The notes beneath the pieces were generated by a model. It was given only the letters and a program-made list of their open reading frames with translations. It had not been told where the DNA came from and made no database searches. From the NCBI GenBank assembly GCA_900617105.1, contig UYFQ01000001.1, positions 4,154,001 through 4,218,000 of the forward strand: DNA of 64,000 bases, in the 5' to 3' direction. Source of the DNA: Hydrurus foetidus. Taxonomy: Eukaryota. The translations under genes were made by a program, and so were the position numbers. Shown one piece after another: positions 1 through 10,333 of this stretch (position 1 is the stretch's first letter; each line of letters begins with the position of its first letter).

Positions 1-1619
1 GGGTGAATGTTGGCAAACTCTGGCCAGGTGATGGGAATCATTTCACTGGTGGCGTTCAGCTTCATGGTGCAGCTACCCAACGGAATCATGCTGCGGTCAA
101 GCGCCAAGTCTTTGTCGCTCAAGCGGCGGATGTAGCGCAGCATGGCGGTCTCGCTGTGGTGCGTGTTGAAGACTGGATGAGTTAAAAAATCACTGGTGCG
201 GCGCAGCTCGGCGGGGATCAGCGGCTCAATGCCTTTTTCAAAGTCAGCAGCTTTCGGCAGCGCTTGGCCGGGCTTGGCGAAGATGGACCAGAGCAGTTCA
301 ATGTCGCCCCTTGTTGTGGTCTCATCCAATGCAACACACAGGTAGTCTTTAGAGTAAATTCGCAGGTTAACGCCCATTTCGCGGGCGCGAGCAGCTATTG
401 AACTGGTAGCGGAATCGGTTCTCAAGCTGATGGTGTCAAAAGCACTGTCACCGCGCACCTCAAAGCCCAAGGTGCTTAAACCTCGCGCCAAAATGGCGGT
501 GTAGCTCGCCACGCGCTGGGCAATGCGCTTCAAACCCAGCGGGCCGTGGTACACCGCGTACATGCTGGCGACTACGGCTGGCAGCACTTGTGCGGTGCAA
601 ATGTTCGACGTCGCTTTTTCACGGCGAATGTGCTGCTCGCGGGTTTGCAACGCGAGGCGATAGGTCGGGTTGCCATGCACGTCAATCGACACGCCGACCA
701 AGCGGCCTGGCATGGAACGTTTGAATTCATCTTTGCACGCCAAATAAGCTGCGTGCGGGCCACCGGCGCCCATCGGCATGCCAAAGCGCTGCGTTGTGCC
801 CACCACAATGTCGGCACCCCATTCGCCGGGGGGAGTCAGCAGCGTTAACGCAAGTGGATCAGCGGCTGCAATAAAGGCCGCTTGCTTGCTGTGCACCAAA
901 GTCACGTCGGCGCGCAAGTCATCAATTCGGCCGCTGGTCGCTGGGTACTGCGCCAGCACGGCAAAGTAGTCGCCTTTTAAAGCCGCGCGCCATTCAGGTG
1001 CCGAGTTGGCCAGCAAAACGGTAATGCCCAGCGGCTTGGCGCGGGTTTGAATCACCTCAATCGTTTGGGGGTGGCAGTCGCCCGCCACCACGAAGGTGTT
1101 GCTTTTGCTCTTCACACTGCGCTTGGCAAGCGTCATGGCTTCAGCCGCGGCGGTGGCTTCGTCGAGCATCGACGCGTTGGCGATTGGCATGCCGGTCAAG
1201 TCGCAAATCATGGTCTGGAAGTTGATCAGCGCTTCCATCCGGCCCTGCGAAATTTCAGCCTGGTAAGGGGTGTAGGCGGTGTACCAAGCGGGGTTTTCAA
1301 TGATGTTGCGCAAAATGACGCCGGGCGTGTGCGTACCGTAATAGCCTTGACCAATAAAGCTTTTCAGCACTTTGTTTTTTGATGCAATCACTTTGAGCTG
1401 CGCGAGTGCCTCGGCCTCTGTCACGGGGGCAGGAATCATCATGGCGCTGGAGCGAGCAATCGAGCGCGGAATGATCGCGTCCATTAGCGCCCGGCGCGAT
1501 GCGGCGCCCAGCGCGCTGAGCATGTGGGCTTCAGCGGCATCGTCAATACCGATGTGGCGGGCGATGAATTCAGACGTATTTTCTAAGTCAGCTAAGGGCT
1601 TGGCGGATTGCATCAACAT
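1..1619 (-). CDS. gcvP: Glycine dehydrogenase (decarboxylating), P protein; 3' part runs off the window
   Basis: Manual minus-strand translation from ATG 1619: [25 protein letters not shown]..., with [25 protein letters not shown] and [20 protein letters not shown]; lies after gcvT-gcvH. Confidence 0.96.
   Translation of the reverse strand, partial: MLMQSAKPLADLENTSEFIARHIGIDDAAEAHMLSALGAASRRALMDAIIPRSIARSSAMMIPAPVTEAEALAQLKVIASKNKVLKSFIGQGYYGTHTPGVILRNIIENPAWYTAYTPYQAEISQGRMEALINFQTMICDLTGMPIANASMLDEATAAAEAMTLAKRSVKSKSNTFVVAGDCHPQTIEVIQTRAKPLGITVLLANSAPEWRAALKGDYFAVLAQYPATSGRIDDLRADVTLVHSKQAAFIAAADPLALTLLTPPGEWGADIVVGTTQRFGMPMGAGGPHAAYLACKDEFKRSMPGRLVGVSIDVHGNPTYRLALQTREQHIRREKATSNICTAQVLPAVVASMYAVYHGPLGLKRIAQRVASYTAILARGLSTLGFEVRGDSAFDTISLRTDSATSSIAARAREMGVNLRIYSKDYLCVALDETTTRGDIELLWSIFAKPGQALPKAADFEKGIEPLIPAELRRTSDFLTHPVFNTHHSETAMLRYIRRLSDKDLALDRSMIPLGSCTMKLNATSEMIPITWPEFANIH
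370..410 (+). repeat. 41-bp double-dyad repeat copy, inside gcvP (left dyad degenerate)
   Basis: gggc-gcgagca-GCT-attgaactggt-AGC; encodes ATSSIAARA in GcvP. Confidence 0.7.
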
Positions 1620-1658
1620 GGTGGTGTGCCTCAAGAAAATTGAACTAAGTGATTTGGG

Positions 1659-2030
1659 TCAGGCGTTGGCTGAAAAAGCGCTGTACGTGGTGTCGTCCAT
1701 CAACGCATCGAGCTGCGACGCGTCAGACATCTTGACTTTGAAAAACCAGCCTGCGCCCAGTGGATCAGAGTTGGCGAGTGACGGGTCGGCGCGCAGGGTC
1801 TCGTTCACCTCGAGCACTTCGCCAGCCACGGGCATGTAAACATCAGCGGCGGCTTTCACCGACTCCACTACGCCAGCGGTTTCCTTTTGTGCAAACAAGG
1901 CGCCGACCTCGGGCAGGTCAACAAACACCACGTCGCCCAGCGCGTCTTGCGCGTGCACGGTGATGCCCACCGTGGCAACATCGCCTTCAATTTTCAGCCA
2001 CTCGTGGTCTTCGGTGTATTTGATGGTCAT
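1659..2030 (-). CDS. gcvH: Glycine cleavage system H protein
   Basis: MTIKYTEDHEW...GVVESVKAAADVY lipoyl-lysine motif; start moved to ATG 2030. Confidence 0.97.
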   Translation of the reverse strand: MTIKYTEDHEWLKIEGDVATVGITVHAQDALGDVVFVDLPEVGALFAQKETAGVVESVKAAADVYMPVAGEVLEVNETLRADPSLANSDPLGAGWFFKVKMSDASQLDALMDDTTYSAFSANA

Positions 2031-2070
2031 GGGGTTTCTCCAATTAAAAAGTAAAAGACTTTGACAAAAT

Positions 2071-3198
2071 TCAGCCGCGAAAGTAGTTGTTTGGCACAAA
2101 AGGCATGGCGCACACTTCCATCAGCACGGGCTTGCCGCGCACCATGGCGTTGACCTGCGTGCCGATGGATGCAAATTCAGGGCCAACATAGCCCTTGGCG
2201 ACCGGCTGGTTAATGCTGGGGCCCAGCAGGCCACTGGTCACTTCGCCAATGACCTCGCCCGTTAACGCGTGCAGAGCGGTGTGATCCCGCACCGGCACGC
2301 GTTCAAGCGCCTTTAGGCCGACCCGTTTGCGGGAGAGTTGAGTAGGGTCAGCCAATTGCGCCAGGATTTTCTCAGCGCCTGGAAATCCACCAGCCCGTGC
2401 ACCACCTGCACGCCGTACTTTTTGAATCGCCCAGTTCAGGTTGGCTTCAATCGGTGTGGTGGTCTCGTCAATGTCATTGCCGTACAGGCACAGGCCCGCT
2501 TCCAGCCGCAGTGAGTTGCGTGCGCCCAAGCCGACGGGTTTGACTTCGGGTTGCGCGAGCAATGCACGTGCGAGTTTTTCAGCTTGCGAGTTGTGCACTG
2601 AAATTTCAAAACCATCCTCACCCGTGTAGCCGCTGCGGGTCAGAAAGCAGTCGCAGCCCGCCACATCAAAACGCCCGCCTGTCATGAACACCAGCTTTTC
2701 AACGCCGGGTGCCAGGCGGCTGAGTGCGGTGACGGCTTGCGGGCCTTGCAGCGCGAGCAAAGCATAGTCAGGCATGGGCGTGACTTTGCAGCGCGTGCCA
2801 ATTTTTTGTTGAATGTGGGCAATATCCGCAACCTTGCAAGCACCATTGACGATGATGAAAATGTCCTTGCCCGTATTGAAAAACATCAGGTCGTCCATGA
2901 TGCCGCCTGCGTCGTTGAGCAGCAAGCCGTAGCGCTGCTTGCCAATTGGCAGGTCGATCACATCCACCGGGATCAAGGTTTCAAAAGCGGCGGCAGCATC
3001 ATGTCCTTCAAGGCGTAGCTGGCCCATGTGGGAAACATCAAACAAGCCTGCAGCCGCACGGGTATGAAGGTGCTCGGCCATCAGGCCGGCTGGGTATTGC
3101 ACGGGCATCGAATAACCGGCAAACGGCACCATGCGTGCGCCAAGCTCTACATGCAAATCATGCAGCGGGGTATTCAGCAATTGAACAACAGGGGACAA
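2071..3198 (-). CDS. gcvT: Glycine cleavage system aminomethyltransferase T
   Basis: GARMVPFAGYSMPVQY, FDVSHMGQ, TRSGYTGEDGFEI, GLGARNSLRLEAGL motifs. Confidence 0.97.
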   Translation of the reverse strand: MSPVVQLLNTPLHDLHVELGARMVPFAGYSMPVQYPAGLMAEHLHTRAAAGLFDVSHMGQLRLEGHDAAAAFETLIPVDVIDLPIGKQRYGLLLNDAGGIMDDLMFFNTGKDIFIIVNGACKVADIAHIQQKIGTRCKVTPMPDYALLALQGPQAVTALSRLAPGVEKLVFMTGGRFDVAGCDCFLTRSGYTGEDGFEISVHNSQAEKLARALLAQPEVKPVGLGARNSLRLEAGLCLYGNDIDETTTPIEANLNWAIQKVRRAGGARAGGFPGAEKILAQLADPTQLSRKRVGLKALERVPVRDHTALHALTGEVIGEVTSGLLGPSINQPVAKGYVGPEFASIGTQVNAMVRGKPVLMEVCAMPFVPNNYFRG

Positions 3199-3249
3199 AG
3201 CGATTCTCCGGGGGCAAACATATTCAGCCAGCCAAAGCTGGTGCGTTGC

Positions 3250-3460
3250 CCCTGCTGTCCCGGGTACCTGAGAGATTCACCCGGCGATGCGGGTTTGCTC
3301 CTTCGGTGGGTTGCAGCGGCTGCAACCTCTCTCCAGTAGGGAACGCCGTTAACTCAACATCAACGGCGGCTGTCAGTCCTTTTGCCTGAGCGTTCAATGC
3401 ACCATAGTGGGTAGCACTTGCGCCTTCGGCGGTTCTCTTTTTGAGAACTCTCTCCTGACA
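3250..3460 (-). ncRNA. Tandem glycine riboswitch
   Basis: Minus strand has two aptamers, GGAGAGA...CCGAAGGCGCAA...CTCAGG and GGAGAGA...CCGAAGGAGCAAA...CTCTCAGGTA...GGAC, directly upstream of gcvT. Confidence 0.93.
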
Positions 3461-3489
3461 TTTTTAGTTTAACTCAGGACTGCAATTTT

Positions 3490-3565
3490 CTGCCGGGCCG
3501 CCCCAAAGAAAATTAGCCCCCTCGGGGGGCAGGGAGCCACACGAAGTGGGCGATCGTGGGGGTCA
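3490..3565. repeat. GC-rich palindromic intergenic (REP-like) element
   Basis: Hairpins gccccc-tcg-gggggc and ccac-acgaa-gtgg just past the dctM stop. Confidence 0.5.
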
Positions 3566-3569
3566 ATTT

Positions 3570-4847
3570 TTATTTTGAGTACACCGAATCACGCAAAAAC
3601 AGCGACAGCTGCGGCACATACGTCACCACCATCAGGCAAGCCAAAATCACCAGCACAAACGGTACGAGGTACACCACAATCTTGTCGAGTGAAATTTTCG
3701 CTACCGTGCACGCGGCAAACAGGTTCACACCAAACGGCGGGGTGATCATGCCCAGCGCCAGATTGACCACCATGATCAAGCCAAAATGCACCGGGTCAAT
3801 GCCAAAGTGAATCGCCACGGGCGCCAAAATCGGTGCCAGCACAATGATGGCTGCGCTGGTTTCAATGAACATGCCAATGATGAACAGCGCGCCGTTTACA
3901 CCCAGCAAAAACAGAGCTGGGGACTGCAGCACTGCTTCTAAATAGCGGCCAATTGCATCAGGCACACCCGCGCGGGTGATCAAAAACGCAAACAGCCCGG
4001 CGTTGGCAATGATGAACATGATCACCGCGCTCGACAGCACCGACTTGCGCAAAATCACCATCAAGTCGGGCACCTTAATTTCACGGTAAATCACCATGCC
4101 AACGATCAACGCGTAGAAAACGGCGACGGCTGATGCTTCGGTCGGCGTGAAAATACCGCCATAAATACCGCCCAAAATAATGACTGGCATCAGCAGCGCC
4201 CAACCGGCCTGCCAGGCGGCTTTGCCAAACGGCAAACGGCCATCGCCATCGTTCTTGCCCCAGCCCTTCCAGCGGCAGTACAGCTGCACAAACAGCATCA
4301 ACGCCAGGCCAATGAACAGGCCAGGGCCAAAGCCGGCAATGAATAGCTCGCCAATTGACACCTCAGCGCTCACGCCGTACAAAATCATCGGGATGGAGGG
4401 CGGAATAATCACGCCCAACTCGGCGCTGGTGGCTTGCAACGCGGCCGCATAGCCGACCGGGTAGTGGTGCTTGATAAGCGCCGGAATCAAAATTGCGCCG
4501 ATGGCAAACGTAGTGGCGACTGATGAGCCTGACACCGCCGCAAAAATCATGCAGGTCAGCACGCAGGTCATGGGCAGGCCGCCCTGCACGCCGCCGACGA
4601 TGGACTTGGCAAACTCCACCAGACGGCGCGATATGCCGCCGGTTTCCATCAGGTTACCCGCCAAAATGAAAAACGGAATCGCCGCGAGTGGAAATTTATT
4701 GATACTTGAGAACATTTCCTTCACGGAAATCAGCATGTTCGCGTTGCTGGCTTGAATGCCAAGAATCGACGCCAGACCAATTGAAACCGCTACTGAAATT
4801 GTCAGTGCAAAACACAGCACCATCGTGCAAACCATAACAATGCTCAT
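3570..4847 (-). CDS. dctM: TRAP transporter large permease
   Basis: FPLAAIPFFILAGNLM, IIPPSIPMILY, GIFTPTEA, ITPPFGVNLF. Confidence 0.95.
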   Translation of the reverse strand: MSIVMVCTMVLCFALTISVAVSIGLASILGIQASNANMLISVKEMFSSINKFPLAAIPFFILAGNLMETGGISRRLVEFAKSIVGGVQGGLPMTCVLTCMIFAAVSGSSVATTFAIGAILIPALIKHHYPVGYAAALQATSAELGVIIPPSIPMILYGVSAEVSIGELFIAGFGPGLFIGLALMLFVQLYCRWKGWGKNDGDGRLPFGKAAWQAGWALLMPVIILGGIYGGIFTPTEASAVAVFYALIVGMVIYREIKVPDLMVILRKSVLSSAVIMFIIANAGLFAFLITRAGVPDAIGRYLEAVLQSPALFLLGVNGALFIIGMFIETSAAIIVLAPILAPVAIHFGIDPVHFGLIMVVNLALGMITPPFGVNLFAACTVAKISLDKIVVYLVPFVLVILACLMVVTYVPQLSLFLRDSVYSK

Positions 4848-5362
4848 TGCGCAGTCTCCAGCTCGTTACGCTGTGGGTCTAAAAAGTTGGCTACGATGCC
4901 CAACACGCTAAACATCGCTCCTACAGGCATGGCCACGTAGCCCCAAAACATCGAGATAGATTCCAGCCCCGCCATGGACTGCACACGCCCGCGCATCGAG
5001 TAGTCCCAGCCCCACCAGATAATGATGCTGATTAATGCCAGTGCAGCCAGGCAAACCACGGCGTCTAGTATGCGTTTGATCTTGGGTGGGCTCCAGCGGT
5101 AGAGCACGTCCACGCTGACCATTGCGCCTTGCCGGAAGGCCATGGGGATGCCCATAAAAACCATCCAGATCAAACTGAGGCGAATCAAAATTTCGCTCCA
5201 TTCAGCGGGCTGCGCCAGAACAAAACGCGTGATGATCTGGAACATGCCCAGGCACGAGGCGATCACCAGCATGACACACGCTACCCACATTGAGAACTGG
5301 GTAGTTCGGTGCTCCAAACTCAGGAAAGCTTGTTTCACGCGTTTTTCCTCATTAAGTGTCAT
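4844..5362 (-). CDS. dctQ: TRAP transporter small permease
   Basis: Four hydrophobic segments, W-S-E motif, between dctP and dctM; start may be the GTG about 24 nt downstream. Confidence 0.9.
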   Translation of the reverse strand: MTLNEEKRVKQAFLSLEHRTTQFSMWVACVMLVIASCLGMFQIITRFVLAQPAEWSEILIRLSLIWMVFMGIPMAFRQGAMVSVDVLYRWSPPKIKRILDAVVCLAALALISIIIWWGWDYSMRGRVQSMAGLESISMFWGYVAMPVGAMFSVLGIVANFLDPQRNELETAQ

Positions 5363-5386
5363 TTTTCATCATAAAAAAGCCCGCTA

Positions 5387-5427
5387 ACCCAATAAATACG
5401 GGAGCGGGCAGCTACTAAAATAGTAGC
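5387..5427 (+). repeat. 41-bp double-dyad repeat copy (dctP-dctQ spacer)
   Basis: accc-aataaatac-ggga-gcgggca-GCT-actaaaatagt-AGC. Confidence 0.85.
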
Positions 5428-5440
5428 ATATATCAGTCGC

Positions 5441-6412
5441 TTACTTTACCGCCCGAATCGCATCCAGGTTGGCTTTGCCGAATTGCTTTTCAAAATCGGC
5501 GTTGACCGGCGCCAGCATGGCTACAAACTTCGACTTGTCGACGTTGTCAATCACCGTCATGCCTTTTGCGCGCAGCTCATTGACGCCAGTGGCGTCGTCG
5601 GCGTCAACCCGTGCGCGATTGGCTTTGGTGCCTTCTTTGGCGGCGTCGATAAAGGCTTGCTTGTCGGCAGCAGTCAGTTTGTCAAATGACGCTTTGTTCA
5701 TAACAAAAATGGCCGGTGAGTAAACGTGACCCGTCAGGCTCAAGTGTTTTTGCACCTGGTCAAACTTGGCCGACATGATGACCGACAGCGGATTTTCTTG
5801 CCCGTCAACCGTACCCTGTTGCAGCGCGGTAAACACCTCGGGGAAAGCCATGGGCGTGGTGACGATACCCAAGCCTTTGTAAGCAGCAATGTGAACCGGG
5901 TTCTCCATGGTGCGCATTTTCAGGCCCTTCAAATCCTCGGGGGCTTTGACGTCGCGCTTGCTGTTGGTCATGTGGCGAAAGCCATTTTCAGCCCAGGCCA
6001 GCGCCTTAAAGCCCTTTGCATCAAATTTGGTCAGCATGTCCTGGCCAATGGGGCCATCAAGTACTGCTCTGGCGTGCGGCTTGTCGCGAAACAAAAACGG
6101 CACGTCCAAAATTTTGGTCTCAGGCACAAAGTTGGGGATGGGGCCGGTCGACGAAAACGCGAGTTCTTGCGTGCCGAGCTGCACTGCCTCAATCGACTCA
6201 CGTTCGCCGCCTAAAGCGCCAGCGTAAAAGGTTTGCACCTTGTAACGGCCAGCAGTGCGCCTTTCAACTTCTTTCGCGAAGGTGTCAATGGCGATGCCCT
6301 GGTGAGAATTTTGCGCCACCGATATGCTGATGCGCATGGTGGTTTGTGCAGACGCTGCGGCCGCAAAGCCCAACGCGAAGGTAATGCCGATAAGCAGTTT
6401 GTTCAATTTCAT
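5441..6412 (-). CDS. dctP: TRAP transporter substrate-binding protein
   Basis: Signal peptide MKLNKLLIG..., ENGFRHMTNSKR, DLKGLKMR, ALQQGTVDGQENP; start ATG 6412 with GGAG upstream. Confidence 0.95.
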   Translation of the reverse strand: MKLNKLLIGITFALGFAAAASAQTTMRISISVAQNSHQGIAIDTFAKEVERRTAGRYKVQTFYAGALGGERESIEAVQLGTQELAFSSTGPIPNFVPETKILDVPFLFRDKPHARAVLDGPIGQDMLTKFDAKGFKALAWAENGFRHMTNSKRDVKAPEDLKGLKMRTMENPVHIAAYKGLGIVTTPMAFPEVFTALQQGTVDGQENPLSVIMSAKFDQVQKHLSLTGHVYSPAIFVMNKASFDKLTAADKQAFIDAAKEGTKANRARVDADDATGVNELRAKGMTVIDNVDKSKFVAMLAPVNADFEKQFGKANLDAIRAVK

Positions 6413-6637
6413 GGTTGTCTCCGTTAGGGTCGGGTGGGTACGTAGTGACAGCAAGGCGAAGTGATTGGCCAATTTGGCAAATGCAAAAACGATGACCATT
6501 TGCATTATTGCGCCGTTGGCCGCGCTTAAGGGCGGGGGTTTTCTCTTAATACGGTGCCCAGTTACCACCTGTTAATTCGGCGCAGGCCGCGTATAACGGG
6601 CAGCAGGTAACTTTGTGCCGTACTACTTATTGGCAGG

Positions 6638-7936
6638 CTAGCGAGACCGCAATTTAAACAAGCGGTCTTGCGCTGCCGACAAGTGTTCGCGCAGCGTGTA
6701 CCACCGCTCAGAAAAGTCGTCTGGCAGCTCCATCGTCACCACACGCTGTTCAATGCCGTCCAAACGCTCAATCAGCAATCGCAGTCCCATTGGGTTGGTG
6801 GCCGCTACACCCTCCATTTCACTTTCGAGGAACTTCAAATCGCCGTAGAAGTGATTGAGCGTGGCGCTGACTCGCCAGTTAAACAATCGCGGAATGCGGG
6901 TTACCACAAAAATGGCCAGCGCAAGAATGGGCAGCACCGCGTACAGCAGTAGTTCTGCCCGCTGCGCCACCCCGTACGGGAGGAGGGTCTCCATCCACGG
7001 GCGTCGGCCCAAACTGTACGATTTGGCCACCGGGGAAAGTTCAAAGTCGCTGCTGCCAAATCGCGGGAACTGACCATGACGCTGCAAAAACGCCGGCTGC
7101 TCATGAATATCAATCGCGGCATCAATCACGCTGCGCTGCAGGGCCGGGTGCATGCTGGGCTTTATCAAGAGATGCGTCTGCAGGCCGACCATGGTCAGGT
7201 CTTTGGGTGGCAGGTTGCTGCCCAATTCCAGCGCACCTTCTGGTAGCAGCAGAGGTTGCAGCACGCTGCCCTTTGCGGTGAGCACGCCTGCTTGCTCTAT
7301 ACCCAATATTTGCACGCCACCTTGTCGCGTTAAGGTTTGCACAAGTTGGGCGTCGTCTGCTGCTATGGCAAACACCACGTCTACTTTGCCATCGATCAAC
7401 GCTTCAGCTGCCGCTGCGCCTGTTTCGGGCCTGAAAATCACGTCTGCAGCCGCTACGCCCGAATGCGCCAAGATAAGTTTCGCCGCCATAAACGATGGCG
7501 AGTTGGGGGCGCCGGCTGCCAGCCGCATACCTTTGACCTGTGCAATATTGGTGGGGCCGTTGAGTGTCGAAAAAACCCAGATCGGTTCGTTGTCAATCAC
7601 CGCAAGCGCCTGCAAATTCGGCCTCGAGCCTGCCAGAACGCCATGCGCAAAGCCAATGCTGGCCGTATCGTTTTTGTCTAGCAAGCGCTCGAGTTCTTTG
7701 TTTTCTGCGCCTGAGTAGACGATTTCAACACTCAGCCCCATTTCCTCCAACTCCTTCGCGTAGCGCTGAGCCAGGCGAGCAAAGTCGCCTTGCGGCGAGC
7801 CTGCTGCAATCACCACTTTTTGTGGAGGCAACACAAACCACACGGTGGCCGACCACCACAACGCCATGGCTGCGCACAAAACAACCGGCAGATAAAAAAG
7901 GCACCAGCGGCGTTTGTAGAGCAGAAAAAGCTTCAT
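6638..7936 (-). CDS. TAXI-family TRAP-like solute-binding membrane protein
   Basis: N-terminal TM, PPQKVVIAAGS, NLPPKDL, LHPALQ-like segment, C-terminal TM followed by FYGDLKFLE...WYTLREH. Confidence 0.75.
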   Translation of the reverse strand: MKLFLLYKRRWCLFYLPVVLCAAMALWWSATVWFVLPPQKVVIAAGSPQGDFARLAQRYAKELEEMGLSVEIVYSGAENKELERLLDKNDTASIGFAHGVLAGSRPNLQALAVIDNEPIWVFSTLNGPTNIAQVKGMRLAAGAPNSPSFMAAKLILAHSGVAAADVIFRPETGAAAAEALIDGKVDVVFAIAADDAQLVQTLTRQGGVQILGIEQAGVLTAKGSVLQPLLLPEGALELGSNLPPKDLTMVGLQTHLLIKPSMHPALQRSVIDAAIDIHEQPAFLQRHGQFPRFGSSDFELSPVAKSYSLGRRPWMETLLPYGVAQRAELLLYAVLPILALAIFVVTRIPRLFNWRVSATLNHFYGDLKFLESEMEGVAATNPMGLRLLIERLDGIEQRVVTMELPDDFSERWYTLREHLSAAQDRLFKLRSR

Positions 7937-8560
7937 CGGCCGCGCACCTTGTAAAGCCGTTGGCGCACAAATTCAACGTGCTGGCGCAATACAAAACACC
8001 GCGGCATCAATTCTTTGGGGCATCGAACATTCAGCAGGTCGCTGTCAATTGTGTTCAGACGGCCTAAAAACCGGGCCAGGTCCATGCCGCGTACTTGTGC
8101 TTGCGACAAATCGTTTTCGATAAATTTCAATTCGCCATACCAGCGGGCCAGGCGACTTTCAAGCGTCCAGCGAAGCAGTGCCGGCAAAATGCGCAGAAGC
8201 CAACCCGTGAGCAGCGCAATCGGCAGCACGATCAGCAGCAGTCTTTCTGCGACTTGAGCCCACCAAAATGGAAATGTGCGCTCCAAAAAAGGCAAGCCGT
8301 CGACGAGCATGTAGCGCGCCTCTGGCGCAGACGGAAAATCAATGCGCCTGAGTGACGGGAAGTCGCCCGCCTTGTGAAACAGACTGCCGCCGGTGTGTAC
8401 TTCAGCACTCACAGCCAGTCCCATTCGCTTGAGGGCAGGGTGCAAGTCCTCGCTTGCCACCAGGCTGGCGGTGGCGGTGAGCAGCGTGGTGTCGCGCGGC
8501 GGCAGCCCATTGCCCAAAGCGCCCTGCGCCAGCAGGCGCGGTTCAATTGCCAGTGCTTTT
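7933..8560 (-). pseudogene. 5'-truncated paralog of the adjacent TAXI-like protein (C-terminal half only)
   Basis: LPPRDTTLL..LHPALKR..WYGELKFIE..LRQHVEFVR aligns by eye with the C-terminal half of 6638-7936; similarity extends upstream of the TTG to about 8560; no N-terminal half. Confidence 0.65.
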
Positions 8561-8577
8561 ACTCTTCCCCGACCGGC

Positions 8578-10263
8578 CTACATGCCGCTGTAATTGGGCC
8601 CGCCGCCGCCTTCAGGCGTTACCCAAACAATGTTTTGCGTAGGGTCTTTGATGTCGCAAGTTTTGCAGTGCACGCAGTTTTGCGCGTTGATTTGCAGGCG
8701 ATCGGTTTGGTCGGGGTTTTTCACGTATTCGTACACACCAGCTGGGCAGTAGCGCGCCTCTGGGCCGGCGTAGGTTGCCAAATTGATGTTGACGGGCACG
8801 CTGGCGTCGCGCAGCGTTAAATGCGCGGGCTGGTTTTCTTCGTGGTTGGTGTTGCTGACGAACACGCTGGAGAGTTTGTCAAACGTCAGCTTGCCGTCGG
8901 GCTTTGGGTACGTGATTTGTGGGCAGTCTTTGGCGGGTTTGAGTTTGGCGTGGTCTGGCACCGTTGAGTGAATTGTCCAAGGCGGTGATTTGAAGCCCAG
9001 TTTGGGCAGCAGCCACAACTCAATGCCGTTCATGATGCTGGACAAGTACAGGCCCTTCTTCATCCACTGTTTGGTGTTGCGCGATGCTTCCAGTTCGTCT
9101 TTAAGCCAGCTCTTGTCAAACGCTTCTGGATAAGCCGTCAGTTCATCGTGTTGGCGGCCTGACGTGACAGCGGCATATGCTGCATCGGCGGCCAGCATGC
9201 CGGTTTTGATAGCCGTGTGGCTGCCCTTGATGCGGGCAAAGTTCAAGTAACCTGCATCACAACCTACCAATGCACCGCCGGGGAAAACAGTTTTTGGCAA
9301 GCTGTTCAAGCCGCCGCAAGTAATGGCCCGCGCGCCGTAGCTGATGCGCTTGCCGCCTTCAAGGTATTGGCGAATGGAGGGGTGCAGTTTCCAGCGCTGC
9401 ATTTCTTCAAACGGGCTGAGCCATGGGTTGCTGTATTCAAGCCCGGTGATAAAGCCGAGTGTGACTTTGTTGCCTTCGAGGTGGTACAAAAAGCCACCGC
9501 CATAGGTCTTGTTGTCCATTGGCCAGCCGAGGGAATGCATCACATGGCCGGGCTTGGCTTTTGCAGGGTCGATTTCCCACAACTCCTTGATACCAATCGC
9601 GTAAGTTTGCGGGTCTTTGCCAGCGTCAAGCTTGTATTTGGCAATCAGGTTTTTGCCCAAATGCCCGCGTGAGCCTTCTGCAAATATCGTGTACTTGGCG
9701 TGTAGCTCCATGCCCAACTGAAAGTGGTCAGTGGGCTCGCCGTCTTTGCCGATGCCCAGGTTGCCAGTGGCTACGCCGCGCACAGCACCGCCTTCGGTGT
9801 ACAACACTTCCGCGGCCGAAAAGCCTGGAAATATTTCTACGCCCAACGCTTCGGCTTGCTGACCTAACCAGCGCGTCAACATGCCCAGGCTGATGACGTA
9901 ATTACCATGGTTGTGCAAGCATTTCGGGATTAAAAACTGCGGTGTGTGTAGCGCAGATTTTTCAGACAAAAACAGAACGTCGTCGCCTGTGACGGGCTGA
10001 TTAAGTGGCGCGCCAAGTTCTTTCCAGTTCGGGAACAGCTCGGTCAGTGCAATTGGGTCCATCACGGCACCGCTCAAAATATGCGCACCAGATTCTGAGC
10101 CTTTTTCAAGCACCACAACCGATACATCCGTGCCTTTTTCAAGCGCGAGTTGTTTAAGCCTGATGGCGGTTGCCAGCCCGCCAGGCCCGCCGCCGACCAC
10201 AACAACGTCGTATTCCATGGCTTCACGTGGGCCGAATTGGCTGAGGATTTCTTGGTGGGTCAT
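8578..10263 (-). CDS. etfD: Electron transfer flavoprotein-ubiquinone oxidoreductase
   Basis: YDVVVVGGGPGG, GAHILSGA, C-terminal RYCPAGVYE...QNCVHCKTCDIKDP 4Fe-4S motif. Confidence 0.96.
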   Translation of the reverse strand: MTHQEILSQFGPREAMEYDVVVVGGGPGGLATAIRLKQLALEKGTDVSVVVLEKGSESGAHILSGAVMDPIALTELFPNWKELGAPLNQPVTGDDVLFLSEKSALHTPQFLIPKCLHNHGNYVISLGMLTRWLGQQAEALGVEIFPGFSAAEVLYTEGGAVRGVATGNLGIGKDGEPTDHFQLGMELHAKYTIFAEGSRGHLGKNLIAKYKLDAGKDPQTYAIGIKELWEIDPAKAKPGHVMHSLGWPMDNKTYGGGFLYHLEGNKVTLGFITGLEYSNPWLSPFEEMQRWKLHPSIRQYLEGGKRISYGARAITCGGLNSLPKTVFPGGALVGCDAGYLNFARIKGSHTAIKTGMLAADAAYAAVTSGRQHDELTAYPEAFDKSWLKDELEASRNTKQWMKKGLYLSSIMNGIELWLLPKLGFKSPPWTIHSTVPDHAKLKPAKDCPQITYPKPDGKLTFDKLSSVFVSNTNHEENQPAHLTLRDASVPVNINLATYAGPEARYCPAGVYEYVKNPDQTDRLQINAQNCVHCKTCDIKDPTQNIVWVTPEGGGGPNYSGM

Positions 10264-10333
10264 CTGTAAGGCTCGCTGATAATCTAATGTGGGGCGTATG
10301 AATATTTATCGTGATTTTATGCGCGCCGCAGCC

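Noticed and set aside
6480..6520. Possible sigma54 promoter upstream of dctP
   Set aside because: GG-to-GC spacing is 9 nt, not the required 10
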